Source: an uncultured delta proteobacterium (GTDB taxonomy: Bacteria > Desulfobacterota > Desulfomonilia > UBA1062). From it: a DNA stretch of 64,000 nucleotides. Within the stretch, counting starts at the first letter, position 1. Each line of letters starts with the position of its first letter. The translations under genes and the position numbers were made by a program. Shown piece by piece: positions 29,442 through 37,724 of this stretch. Below the pieces are notes generated by a model. The model was not told where the DNA came from. It was given only the letters and a program-made list of their open reading frames with translations, and did not search any database. The stretch covers positions 640,001-704,000 of the forward strand of contig CAWAUM010000001.1 in the NCBI GenBank assembly GCA_963785235.1, given 5' to 3'.

Positions 29442-31133
29442 TTAGGCTTTCAGGGCATCGGCAAGCTTTCTTGATAGCTCGCTCAGCTGGTAGGGCTTCT
29501 GGATGAAGGAAACCGCCCCTTTTTCCATGAGCTGCTTTGCACGGCCGGTGAGACTGTAGCCGCTGGCCAGGATAACCTTTGCATCAGGGTTGATAGCGCA
29601 AAGTTCATCAAAGGTCATATCGCCGCTCATCTCGGGCATGATCATGTCGAGCATGATGAGGTCGATGTCCTTCCAACTGGATCTATATTGATCAATGGCC
29701 TCTTTGCCGCCGCGGGCGGTCAGGACCCGGTAACCGAGATTCTCGAGCAACTCCGCAGTCACCTCGAGGATGAATGCCTCGTCATCTACGACGAGCACAG
29801 CGCCACTGCCTTTGCGTATCTCTTCCGAAGCGTCCTTCTCATAAACAGGCATCTTGTCGGAAGACGGCAGATAGATAGTGAAGGTAGTTCCATGATTCAT
29901 CTCAGAGTATACGGTGATAATGCCCCGGTGTGCCTTGATAATGCCATAGACCGTAGCCAGGCCTAATCCGGTGCCGCGGCCCATCTCTCTGGTGGTGAAG
30001 AACGGCTCGAATACTCTCTCTTTTGTCTTCTCATCCATGCCGGCCCCGGTATCCGTCACCGAGGTCTTGATATATCTTCCGGCCGGCAGATCGTATGATC
30101 TGGTATAAGATTCGCTCAGGATGACGTTTTCTGTGGAGAGATACAAGCTGCCGCCGCCCTTCATGGCCTGCCATGCATTCACAAAAAGGTTCAGCAGCAC
30201 CTGCTCTATCTGGCCCCTGTCCACCTCGGCGGCCCAGAGGTCGGGTGAAAGCTTTAAGTATACGGCGATCTCCTTCTTTGTCCTGCCGAAGGTGTGCGAT
30301 GTCTGTTCGATGATCTCGTTTAAGTTTGCAGGTTTCACCTCATACCTGCCTCCCCGGGCGAAACCCAGGAGCTGGTCTGAGAGGTCGGCCCCGCTTTTTA
30401 TCTGCATTTCGATCCGCTTGAGCTTGTCGTAATGAGGATGCGAAGGATCAAGCCCCATGAGCATGATCTGGGTGTATCCCTGAATACCCATGAGGAGGTT
30501 GTTGAAGTCATGCGCAATGCCACCTGCCAGGGTCCCTATGGCCTCCATTTTCTGAGCCTGAAGGAGCTGATTCTCAAGGCGCTTCCTGTCGGTCACATCC
30601 AGATCCATACAGAATACCTCAACCACCTCATGGCCCTCAATGATGGGGAACATTGTGGAGAACACCCAGCGCGTTTCATTGTTTCGGTTGTGTACCTCCC
30701 ACTCTCTGGGCTCTGTGGGCTTGCACGTGGTCCATATCCGTTCAAGGGTATTCTTAAAGTCGGTCCTCGATTCCCGTGACAGGACTATATCCTGAAATAG
30801 ATTGCCTTTTGCCTCGTTGGCTGCATATCCGTAGATGGCTTTACATGCATTATTCCAGTGGAGGATAGTGCCTTGCCTGTCAAATCCCTGAATTGCCACG
30901 AAAGGGGTGTTTTCGATGATGGACTCGAACCGGCCGAGTGCATTCTTAAGCTCATCGTTCACCTGCATGAGCTCATGTGAACTCAGATCAAAGGCCCTCT
31001 CCAGCATGAGCCTGTCCTCGTCATTTTCGTGATAGGCCTTATCCACGGCCCTGATGAATTCCTGAAACCCCTCGGGGAGAGGCTCCATATCTTTAAGATA
31101 GCGTTTTATCTGTCGTCTGATAAGGCTGTGCAC
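29442..31133 (-). CDS. PAS hybrid sensor histidine kinase/response regulator
   Basis: PAS; H-box 'AGGIAHDFNNLL'; 'FEPFFTT..GRGTGLGL'; receiver 'VVDDE..DMIMP..KP'. Confidence 0.95.
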   Translation of the reverse strand: MHSLIRRQIKRYLKDMEPLPEGFQEFIRAVDKAYHENDEDRLMLERAFDLSSHELMQVNDELKNALGRFESIIENTPFVAIQGFDRQGTILHWNNACKAIYGYAANEAKGNLFQDIVLSRESRTDFKNTLERIWTTCKPTEPREWEVHNRNNETRWVFSTMFPIIEGHEVVEVFCMDLDVTDRKRLENQLLQAQKMEAIGTLAGGIAHDFNNLLMGIQGYTQIMLMGLDPSHPHYDKLKRIEMQIKSGADLSDQLLGFARGGRYEVKPANLNEIIEQTSHTFGRTKKEIAVYLKLSPDLWAAEVDRGQIEQVLLNLFVNAWQAMKGGGSLYLSTENVILSESYTRSYDLPAGRYIKTSVTDTGAGMDEKTKERVFEPFFTTREMGRGTGLGLATVYGIIKAHRGIITVYSEMNHGTTFTIYLPSSDKMPVYEKDASEEIRKGSGAVLVVDDEAFILEVTAELLENLGYRVLTARGGKEAIDQYRSSWKDIDLIMLDMIMPEMSGDMTFDELCAINPDAKVILASGYSLTGRAKQLMEKGAVSFIQKPYQLSELSRKLADALKA

Positions 31134-31137
31134 AAGT

Positions 31138-32262
31138 TCATTCCTCGCTCAAGGCAGTGATGGTCATGGTCTGGTTGTGCAGTTCGCACGTGCCGCCCTT
31201 GGCAAAGGGTGATATCTCGCCGTAAGAATAGAATCCTGTATAGGTGGCGCCTTCTCCCAGGATGTCGCGCACCCCTTCCACTTCTTCTTCAATGCGCTGT
31301 TTGAGGATAAGCTTTCTCCCCACGCAGCTGATGAGGATTGCGAGCTCCGGGCTGCAGGGTCCAATGGTCTCGGCCGATGACCTGGCTGCGCCTACAGCGC
31401 CGTCGATGAGGCGCTCAAAGTTGGCCTTCATCAGCCGGGCATAGGCATTCGCGGGCATGTTGCCTGCAAAGGTCATGCTCTGTTCTTCCTCGTCCACCGA
31501 CAGAAGCGTTCTTACTACCGGCCTTGATGCATCATTCATCCTGAGGCTCAAGGGGAAGAGGAGTCCCGTGGCAGGAAGGCCCTTGGCGTGCTCTCCGAGG
31601 TACTGTTTGTACAGGGCCAGGGCGGATTTTCCGTCAAGCTCATAGAGGATGTTTCCCCTGGAACGGGTAATAAGTCGTTCCGGCCCGAAGGTATCCCAGC
31701 CGCCGAGAGAGCCGTATCCGACCTGCAGCGTGCTGCCATAGAAACCGATGGCCCCGACGGCATCCCTTGTTGGTTCGTTGTTGAGCAGGACATATGTCTC
31801 CTGGAACCTGTCACCGTCTCCGGAAAGGCCCCCGGTCAGGGTTGTACCGAAGGGCAGATGTTCCGTGAGCCCCCTCACGAGTTCAGAGCCGTTTATGTTG
31901 AGACCTTCGGACAGGACAAAGACATGTTTAAGGTTGTCCCCGGCAAGGGATATGGCCAGATCAGAGCCTGCCTTGTAGCTGTCTTCTATATCGTTTATCT
32001 TAACCATGGCGCCAGCAACCTTGGTTGCTGAAAAAGAAACGGCAGTGACAATCAGAGTATCATCAAGGACCCGTGTTCCATAGATCTCACCGGCAGTAGA
32101 GCACCCGAAGATACACGCATTGGGGTATGCTGCCCGGATCATATCAATGAGGCCTTTTTCCTTGATCCTTTTTGTTGCACCGAAGAGTAGGACGAGAGCT
32201 GCCTGTGACCCAAGATTTCCCTGTAAAAGACCTTTTGTTAAAATATATTGTTCTGTCTTCAT
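31138..32262 (-). CDS. FIST-domain (NosP-like) sensor protein
   Basis: 'GCSTAGEI', 'GGLSGDG', 'SCVGRK', 'GFYSYGEI', 'LHNQTMT'. Confidence 0.93.
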   Translation of the reverse strand: MKTEQYILTKGLLQGNLGSQAALVLLFGATKRIKEKGLIDMIRAAYPNACIFGCSTAGEIYGTRVLDDTLIVTAVSFSATKVAGAMVKINDIEDSYKAGSDLAISLAGDNLKHVFVLSEGLNINGSELVRGLTEHLPFGTTLTGGLSGDGDRFQETYVLLNNEPTRDAVGAIGFYGSTLQVGYGSLGGWDTFGPERLITRSRGNILYELDGKSALALYKQYLGEHAKGLPATGLLFPLSLRMNDASRPVVRTLLSVDEEEQSMTFAGNMPANAYARLMKANFERLIDGAVGAARSSAETIGPCSPELAILISCVGRKLILKQRIEEEVEGVRDILGEGATYTGFYSYGEISPFAKGGTCELHNQTMTITALSEE

Positions 32263-32383
32263 ACAACCCTTTTCCAAGAGGACTTTTTCATCTACATGAT
32301 CGGGTTTTTCCCTGTCAATCATGAGTTTCATGACTATGTCATCCTTCTTGTTTAAATACGCTTGGTAAGGAGAAAAAATATCC

Positions 32384-32418
32384 TTGACTAGAACAATATT
32401 CTAAAATATGATTCTAAT
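32384..32418 (+). promoter_or_regulatory. sigma70 promoter with overlapping TetR-type palindromic operator; probably gives a leaderless transcript
   Basis: TTGACT(32384)-17 nt-TATGAT(32407), ending 6 nt before the ATG; palindrome TAGAA-CAATA-TTCTA at 32389-32403. Confidence 0.65.
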
Positions 32419-33049
32419 ATGAAAGCCCGCAAAGGCACACACACAGGGACGGACTCACGACGCAGCACAATAATTCGGGCCGCCCTGGCTTGTTTTTCCG
32501 AGATAGGGTTTTCCGAGACGAGCATGGCCGATATCCGTGAGCATTCAAAGGCAAGTACCGGGAGTATCTACCACCACTTCAAGAGTAAGGAGCAGCTTGC
32601 TTCAAGGGTTTATCTCGAAGGAATACGTGATTACCAGGCCTGTCTGATGGCAGCATTAAAAGACAAGCAGGGGGCCAAGGAAGGCATCTGCGCCCTGGTA
32701 GAGCACCACCTGAAATGGGTAAGGGACAATGGTGAATGGTCGCGATACCTGTTTCAGAAGCGCCACTTTGCATTCATGTCCGACACCGAAGAGGAGATCG
32801 CTTCCCTCAACAGGGAGCTCATGCGACACACCGGTGGGTGGTTCAGCGAACACATCAAAACAGGGACTCTCCGAGACCTGCCGAGTGATATTTATATGTC
32901 CATCATCTTGGGGCCATGCATGGAATTCACCAGGCAGTATCTTTCCGGCCATACCAGAACCACAATGGAGTCAGGCCATGGATCACCTTTGTGAGGCTGC
33001 CTGGCAGGCACTGAAAGCCCTCACGGGAGGCGTTAATGAAAACCCTTGA
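32419..33049 (+). CDS. TetR/AcrR-family regulator, frameshift near the C-terminus
   Basis: HTH 'STGSIYHHFKSKEQL'; shifted frame ends 'LCEAAWQAL'. Confidence 0.9.
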
Positions 33050-33557
33050 GCAGATTGGTACAAGTGCCATCAAGGAACACATACTCAAGAACTGGATGAC
33101 CCACGATGCCATGTGGTTTCTTCACTGTCTTCAGGCCTGTGGCATAGAAGAGACAAACCGGCTCAACAAGGCTGCCATCAGGTCACTTGCTGCCATCGAG
33201 CTCAGACGGGCCCGGGAGCTCTTCGGCCTTGATAAGGATACCATCGAGACCTTCGAAGGTCTCAAGGAAGTCATCCATGCGGCCTTTTGCGTGAGCAAGG
33301 GCGATTTCATGAGGTTCACCTACAGCTTCCCGGAAAAGAACGTTCTGCACTGGGAGTGGGCCGGAAGGGACTGCTTTGCCTATCAGGGCATGCAGCGCTT
33401 GGGTGTCATCGACCGCTATGAGTGCGGGGTACTCTTTCGAGTGCTCTGCTGGATCGAGAGCGCCGGCGTAAAGTATACCTTGGCTGCTGATGTGAATGGC
33501 TGCCTGATGCACACTACCGGGGAATGTTCCGGTGAAATCAAGTTCTCTTTAGCGTAA
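33036..33557 (+). CDS. DUF6125-like protein
   Basis: 'KNWMTHDAMWF', conserved Cys residues; GGAGG RBS. Confidence 0.7.
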   Translation: MKTLEQIGTSAIKEHILKNWMTHDAMWFLHCLQACGIEETNRLNKAAIRSLAAIELRRARELFGLDKDTIETFEGLKEVIHAAFCVSKGDFMRFTYSFPEKNVLHWEWAGRDCFAYQGMQRLGVIDRYECGVLFRVLCWIESAGVKYTLAADVNGCLMHTTGECSGEIKFSLA

Positions 33558-33570
33558 AGGAGGAATAACC

Positions 33571-34653
33571 ATGGATGCATATGAAAAGCTTCGTGAGATA
33601 CTCGATGCCAGCCCTACCGGTGCGCCGGCCTCAAATGCCTTTGACGAGATCCTGAAGATCCTCTTCACGCCCGAAGAGGCTGACCTTGCCGTGCACATGA
33701 CCCTGTTCCCCAGGCCTGTAGAGGCAATAGCACTCGAAGCAGGCATTCCGTTGAAAGAGGCCATGGAAAGGCTGGAGGCCATGGCCGACAAGGCCATCAT
33801 CTTTGCGCGGGAAAAGGGCGGCACGAAGCTCTATGGTCTTCTGCCCACCATCCCGGGTCTATTTGAGTTCCCCCTCATGAGAGGGGCCACGACTCCGGCA
33901 CTGGCGCACCTGGGAAGGCTCTGGGATGAATACCACAGGGAAGCCCTGGGGGCATCCTTTTCAGGAAACCCGACCCCCCTTACCCGGGTTATCCCGGTAC
34001 ATCAATCCATAGATGCAGCCACGCAGGTCCACACCTATGAAGAGGTTGCCAGATTCATTGATGCAGTGGATTATATCGCCCTGGCCCAGTGTGCATGCAG
34101 GGTAAGCGTGGGTGCCTGCGATAAGCCTACCGAGATGTGCCTGGTCTTCGACAGCCCAGGTCGCTTTCTGGTGGAACGCGCCTTTGCGCGGAAAATTAGC
34201 CGGGAAGAGGCCATTGCCGTGCTTGACCGCGCACGGGAAGAAGGCCTGGTCCATACCAGCACCAACAGCGCCGACAAGCCGGCCCTGATCTGCAACTGCT
34301 GCACGTGCTGCTGTACGATCCTCACCTGTAAGACCCAGCTCGGTCTGCCCCATGCCTTTGCATCAAGCGGCTTTGTGGCGCAGATCAACGCAGATGACTG
34401 TACCGGGTGCGGCATCTGTGCGGATGATCGCTGCCCCATGGGGGCCATAGTAATTTCGGATAACACAGCCGTGCTGACCCATGAAAAATGCATCGGCTGC
34501 GGGCTGTGCGTCTCTGTCTGCCCTGGCGAAGCCATAACATTGACCAGAAGGGAAGACCCGCCCGAGGTGCCGGCCACGACCAGGGACCTTGGCGTGAAGG
34601 TGCTGGGCGAAAAGGGCAGACTGGAGGGCTTCCTTAAGCAGATGAAGCCTTAA
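33571..34653 (+). CDS. 4Fe-4S dicluster protein with N-terminal helical/HTH region
   Basis: 'LFTPEEA', 'CACR', 'GLVH', 'ICNCCTCCC', CTGCGIC...CP, CIGCGLCVSVCP. Confidence 0.9.
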   Translation: MDAYEKLREILDASPTGAPASNAFDEILKILFTPEEADLAVHMTLFPRPVEAIALEAGIPLKEAMERLEAMADKAIIFAREKGGTKLYGLLPTIPGLFEFPLMRGATTPALAHLGRLWDEYHREALGASFSGNPTPLTRVIPVHQSIDAATQVHTYEEVARFIDAVDYIALAQCACRVSVGACDKPTEMCLVFDSPGRFLVERAFARKISREEAIAVLDRAREEGLVHTSTNSADKPALICNCCTCCCTILTCKTQLGLPHAFASSGFVAQINADDCTGCGICADDRCPMGAIVISDNTAVLTHEKCIGCGLCVSVCPGEAITLTRREDPPEVPATTRDLGVKVLGEKGRLEGFLKQMKP

Positions 34654-35380
34654 GGCGTCTTATAAGGCAGCTTGTAAGGGATGAGCATGGGCACCCTTTT
34701 CTGGTATTCTTGGTACTCCATCGCCGAACTCACTGACAAGGTCGCGCTCTTCCAGGACCGTGCCTGCAATGATCCAGATTGTCCACATGAGGTTGAAGAG
34801 CAGCCTGTCGGCAGTGAGTACGGGGCAGGACCAGAACATGATCAGTGAAAAGAAATAGAGGGGATGCCTCACCCATTGGTAGGCGCCCTGGACCTTCAGC
34901 GGCATCTGCACGGATATCCTTTTCCCTCATGTGTCGTCTTATGGCCTTGACCCCCAATGGATCGAATGACCCCAGCGACCTGGTCCCCCAGGAGAACCCT
35001 GCTATGCACAGGAAAAACAGCATGCGAAGGAGCCAGTAGGATGCACCCTCTGCTGTAAAAAGAGGTGCCGGGGTCTTCTGCCAGAAGAGCATCACTATGA
35101 GCAGGGCCATGCCTGATGTAAGGGCATAAAAGGCGCTATAGAATATATCAGGGATGATCCCTGCAAGCCGCTTCCGGACGGGCTGTCTGACCATGATGCT
35201 GTGCTGGAGAAAGAAGAGCAAAGACAGGCCTGCATCCAGAAGCAAGGACTGCCCAGTGTTCAATCCAAGGTCGAGTATGGTGAACGATCCCAGGAAGAGG
35301 AACAGGGAAAACAGCATCAGTGAACCGAGACCGAAAGACATGGTTGCATAGATCAAAATATTGGCTTTAATCCTGCTCAT
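34650..35380 (-). CDS. MddA/ICMT/PEMT-type membrane methyltransferase, frameshifts near 34915 and 34718
   Basis: 'FFLQHSIM.R', 'GAYQWVRHPLY', 'LTADRLLF', 'GT.LEERDLV..FG..Y..YQ..VPMLIP'. Confidence 0.85.
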
Positions 35381-35405
35381 AGTGACCTCGATGGCCATCG
35401 CTGCA

Positions 35406-35663
35406 TCAGGCCTTTGTATTTTCACTGCCTTGTGTGCCACAGCAGCCTTTCGTGAATTTAGAGAAGTCCGTTTGGCCGCAGCATGACTTGATTCCCTCGG
35501 GCATGCCTTTGCACATGTCCTTGAATTGAGACATCATGGATGCCATGTTTTTGCAGCATGCCTCCATCTGTTCCTTCATCTTCGACTTGTCTCCTTCGGG
35601 CATGCCCTTGCAGCACATGTCCATCATGAGGCCGAACATCTTTTCCTTGTTTCCTTTCATCAT
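35406..35663 (-). CDS. small Cys/Met-rich metallothionein-like protein
   Basis: GGAGG RBS; 85 aa with four CC pairs, one further Cys, many Met and repeated CKGMPEG. Confidence 0.7.
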   Translation of the reverse strand: MMKGNKEKMFGLMMDMCCKGMPEGDKSKMKEQMEACCKNMASMMSQFKDMCKGMPEGIKSCCGQTDFSKFTKGCCGTQGSENTKA

Positions 35664-35775
35664 AATACACCTCCGTGCTTGATTTGTAATTCGTATGGTC
35701 CTTCTGAATCCTATGGTGCCACTGTTTGTACAGGGAAAATGTCTGTTTCATTATTTTGGGCAAGCATTTTCATGG

Positions 35776-36048
35776 TTACTCCTTTCTCTGGTTCAAAGAG
35801 CGATTCGTCCGGAAATTTCTTCCCCTTGCCAGGGTGAGGGCAATAATGGCAAAGCCTGCAACCAGCAATGCAACCGGCCAGAACAGTTCCGGGTCGAACC
35901 AGCCGGCCCTTGTGGCCAGCCAGAGTGTCCCGGCCAGGATAAGCATGATCCCGAACCCCATCCCGCAATAGCGGGGGGCATGTCCCATTATGGGTCCGCA
36001 GCAGCCGTACACCGTACTTCCTTCTCTGGGTCTCTCGGCATGCACCAT
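35776..36048 (-). CDS. small two-TM membrane protein with N-terminal GCCG motif
   Basis: AAGGAG RBS before ATG 36048; 'YGCCG..RYCG', 'GIMLILAGTLWL...GW....FWPV.LLV.G'. Confidence 0.75.
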   Translation of the reverse strand: MVHAERPREGSTVYGCCGPIMGHAPRYCGMGFGIMLILAGTLWLATRAGWFDPELFWPVALLVAGFAIIALTLARGRNFRTNRSLNQRKE

Positions 36049-36095
36049 AATTCTACTCCTTTCTGCCCGGGTGTCGGGCAATGAATATTAGTTAA

Positions 36096-36144
36096 TTCGA
36101 TATATATCGAAATATCTAATAAGCCCCCTGCACGTGATTGTCAA
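36096..36144 (-). promoter_or_regulatory. sigma70 promoter plus ArsR-type operator of the downstream operon
   Basis: TTGACA(36144-36139)-17 nt-TATTAG; perfect palindrome TTCGATATATATCGAA at 36096-36111. Confidence 0.8.
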
Positions 36145-36214
36145 TACCTTTTGTGAAAAAAATTCAGTGCAGGGCTAATTCAGAGTAAAATCTGTTAAGT
36201 GGTCTGGTCGCCGT

Positions 36215-36548
36215 TCAGGGTTTGTCCTTGCCGGTGAGGTATCGGACCATCGAACTGATGGTCTCTTCATTCGCTGTTCAGAGGATCGATTGGCCTTGCC
36301 TCTCGCAGCGGACCAGGTGGGCCCGTCTGAGTTCCTTGATATGGTGAGAAATGGTGGACGGGGCAATACAGACAGCGTTCGCAACCGCACATACGGCAAG
36401 CCGGTTGTCGCCGTCAAGTTGCGCCTTCCCGCAGCCTGCAGCGGATCTGCTCGAAGATGGACAGGCGGTTCTTGTTTGACAGTGCCTTGAAGGCCTCCGC
36501 AAGGGCTTCCATGTCAAGGGGCGTTTCCTCGTTCTTTGTTGTGGGCAT
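36215..36548 (-). CDS. ArsR/SmtB-family regulator, candidate selenoprotein (in-frame UGA 36280-36278); one 1-nt frameshift near 36438
   Basis: 'AEAFKALSNKNRLSIF', 'IAPSTISHHIKELRRAHLV..ERQGQSIL[UGA]TANEETISSMVRYL'; AAGGAG RBS. Confidence 0.85.
36245..36277 (-). promoter_or_regulatory. candidate bacterial SECIS element
   Basis: After the UGA: 14 nt, then GACCAUC-AGUUC-GAUGGUC; loop 21 nt from the UGA with GU at loop positions 2-3. Confidence 0.6.
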
Positions 36549-36584
36549 GACATCTCCTTAAGCTGAGCAGGTTCGAACAAGCAT

Positions 36585-36637
36585 TTCGATTATTATCGAT
36601 ATGTCGAAGATCTAAACTCTTTCTTTCGTTGTGTCAA
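36585..36637 (-). promoter_or_regulatory. sigma70 promoter plus autoregulatory ArsR-type operator
   Basis: TTGACA(36637-36632)-17 nt-TAGATC; overlapping TCGA-spaced palindromes TTCGATTATTATCGAT and ATCGATATGTCGAA at 36585-36608. Confidence 0.75.
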
Positions 36638-36800
36638 GATACACATGTATTGTAACTACCCAATCTGTTGGATTAATTATTTTTCTCCATGAAATGATAC
36701 TGCAAATCGTTCTTGCCAGACCCTTTGCCTTATGTAATGAAGAGATAGCACCGATAACAATCTACACAGAGATCGGCATCAAGGAGAACACTGGCTAACA

Positions 36801-37590
36801 ATGGATCCACAATACACCTTTTCGTATCCTCAGCTTCAACACGCATGTGTGCATCAAGGCATCGAAATCATCTGAGCGCCTCAAGAACCTCTGGAAGCAC
36901 GTGCTGCCTTCGAGGTGCAAGATGGATAACCTCGAAGAGATATCAGAACTTGTCCGGCCGTTCGATATGGTGGGCATCCAGGAATCGGATGCCGGGAGCA
37001 TCAGGTCGGGCTTCATGAGCCAGATTACATCCCTTGCATGCCTGGGCGGTTTCGATTACTGGGCCGAACAGGTTAATCGCGACATGGTCTTTGCCAGGCA
37101 CAGCATCGGCTTCCTATCCCGGCGCCGCATCGTATCCGTCACCAGGCATCAGCTCCCGGGCAAGATCCCCGGCAGGGGATTGATGATTGCCAACCTGGAC
37201 TTTGAAGGCCAGCCCGTGGCCTTTGCCGTGTCACACCTGTCGCTGGGCCCGAGGGACAGGATCAAACAGGCAAGCTATATAGCCGACATCATTAGGGAGC
37301 TTAACTGCAAGACCATCCTCATGGGGGACTTCAACTGCACCTCAGACAGCCAGGAACTGAAGGTAATAGCCAAGAAGGCGGGTCTGCGGTCTGCCAGAAG
37401 GAATATAGCCACATATCCGAGCTGGAAACCCCGCCGGGATATCGACCATGTCCTGGTATCCGAAGGCATCGTGGTCAAAAAGGCCCAGACAATCAAGTTC
37501 GCCATGTCCGACCACCTCCCCCTGGCCATCGAGGTCCTCATAATGGGCTCCGGTGGGCTGCATGGATCTGTATTGCCTGAGGCGGCCTGA
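36801..37590 (+). CDS. endonuclease/exonuclease/phosphatase family protein, frameshift in a T-run near the start
   Basis: 'RILSFN', 'VGIQE.D', 'HLSL', 'MGDFN', 'TYPSWKP..IDHV', 'SDHLP'. Confidence 0.9.
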
Positions 37591-37724
37591 TCAAACCTGG
37601 ATTTTGCAATTGAATGTACACATAAATACTCTATGTGCTTCAGGTGACCTTAAGCATAAAACTCAAAAGTTATCATGTTTTTACTCCTCTTCAACGCTAT
37701 ATCAGGATAAAATGCAGCTTAGTA

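Noticed and set aside
35406-35408. UGA ending the Cys/Met-rich protein, followed by a TGC codon, as a second selenocysteine
   Set aside because: The downstream dyad CGATGGCCATCG has no proper loop or SECIS geometry, and the next gene's RBS and start follow at once, so it is best read as a normal stop
35711-35773. 20-codon ORF (MKMLAQNNETDIFPVQTVAP) with a strong RBS inside the ArsR operon
   Set aside because: Too short and possibly frameshifted; no product can be supported
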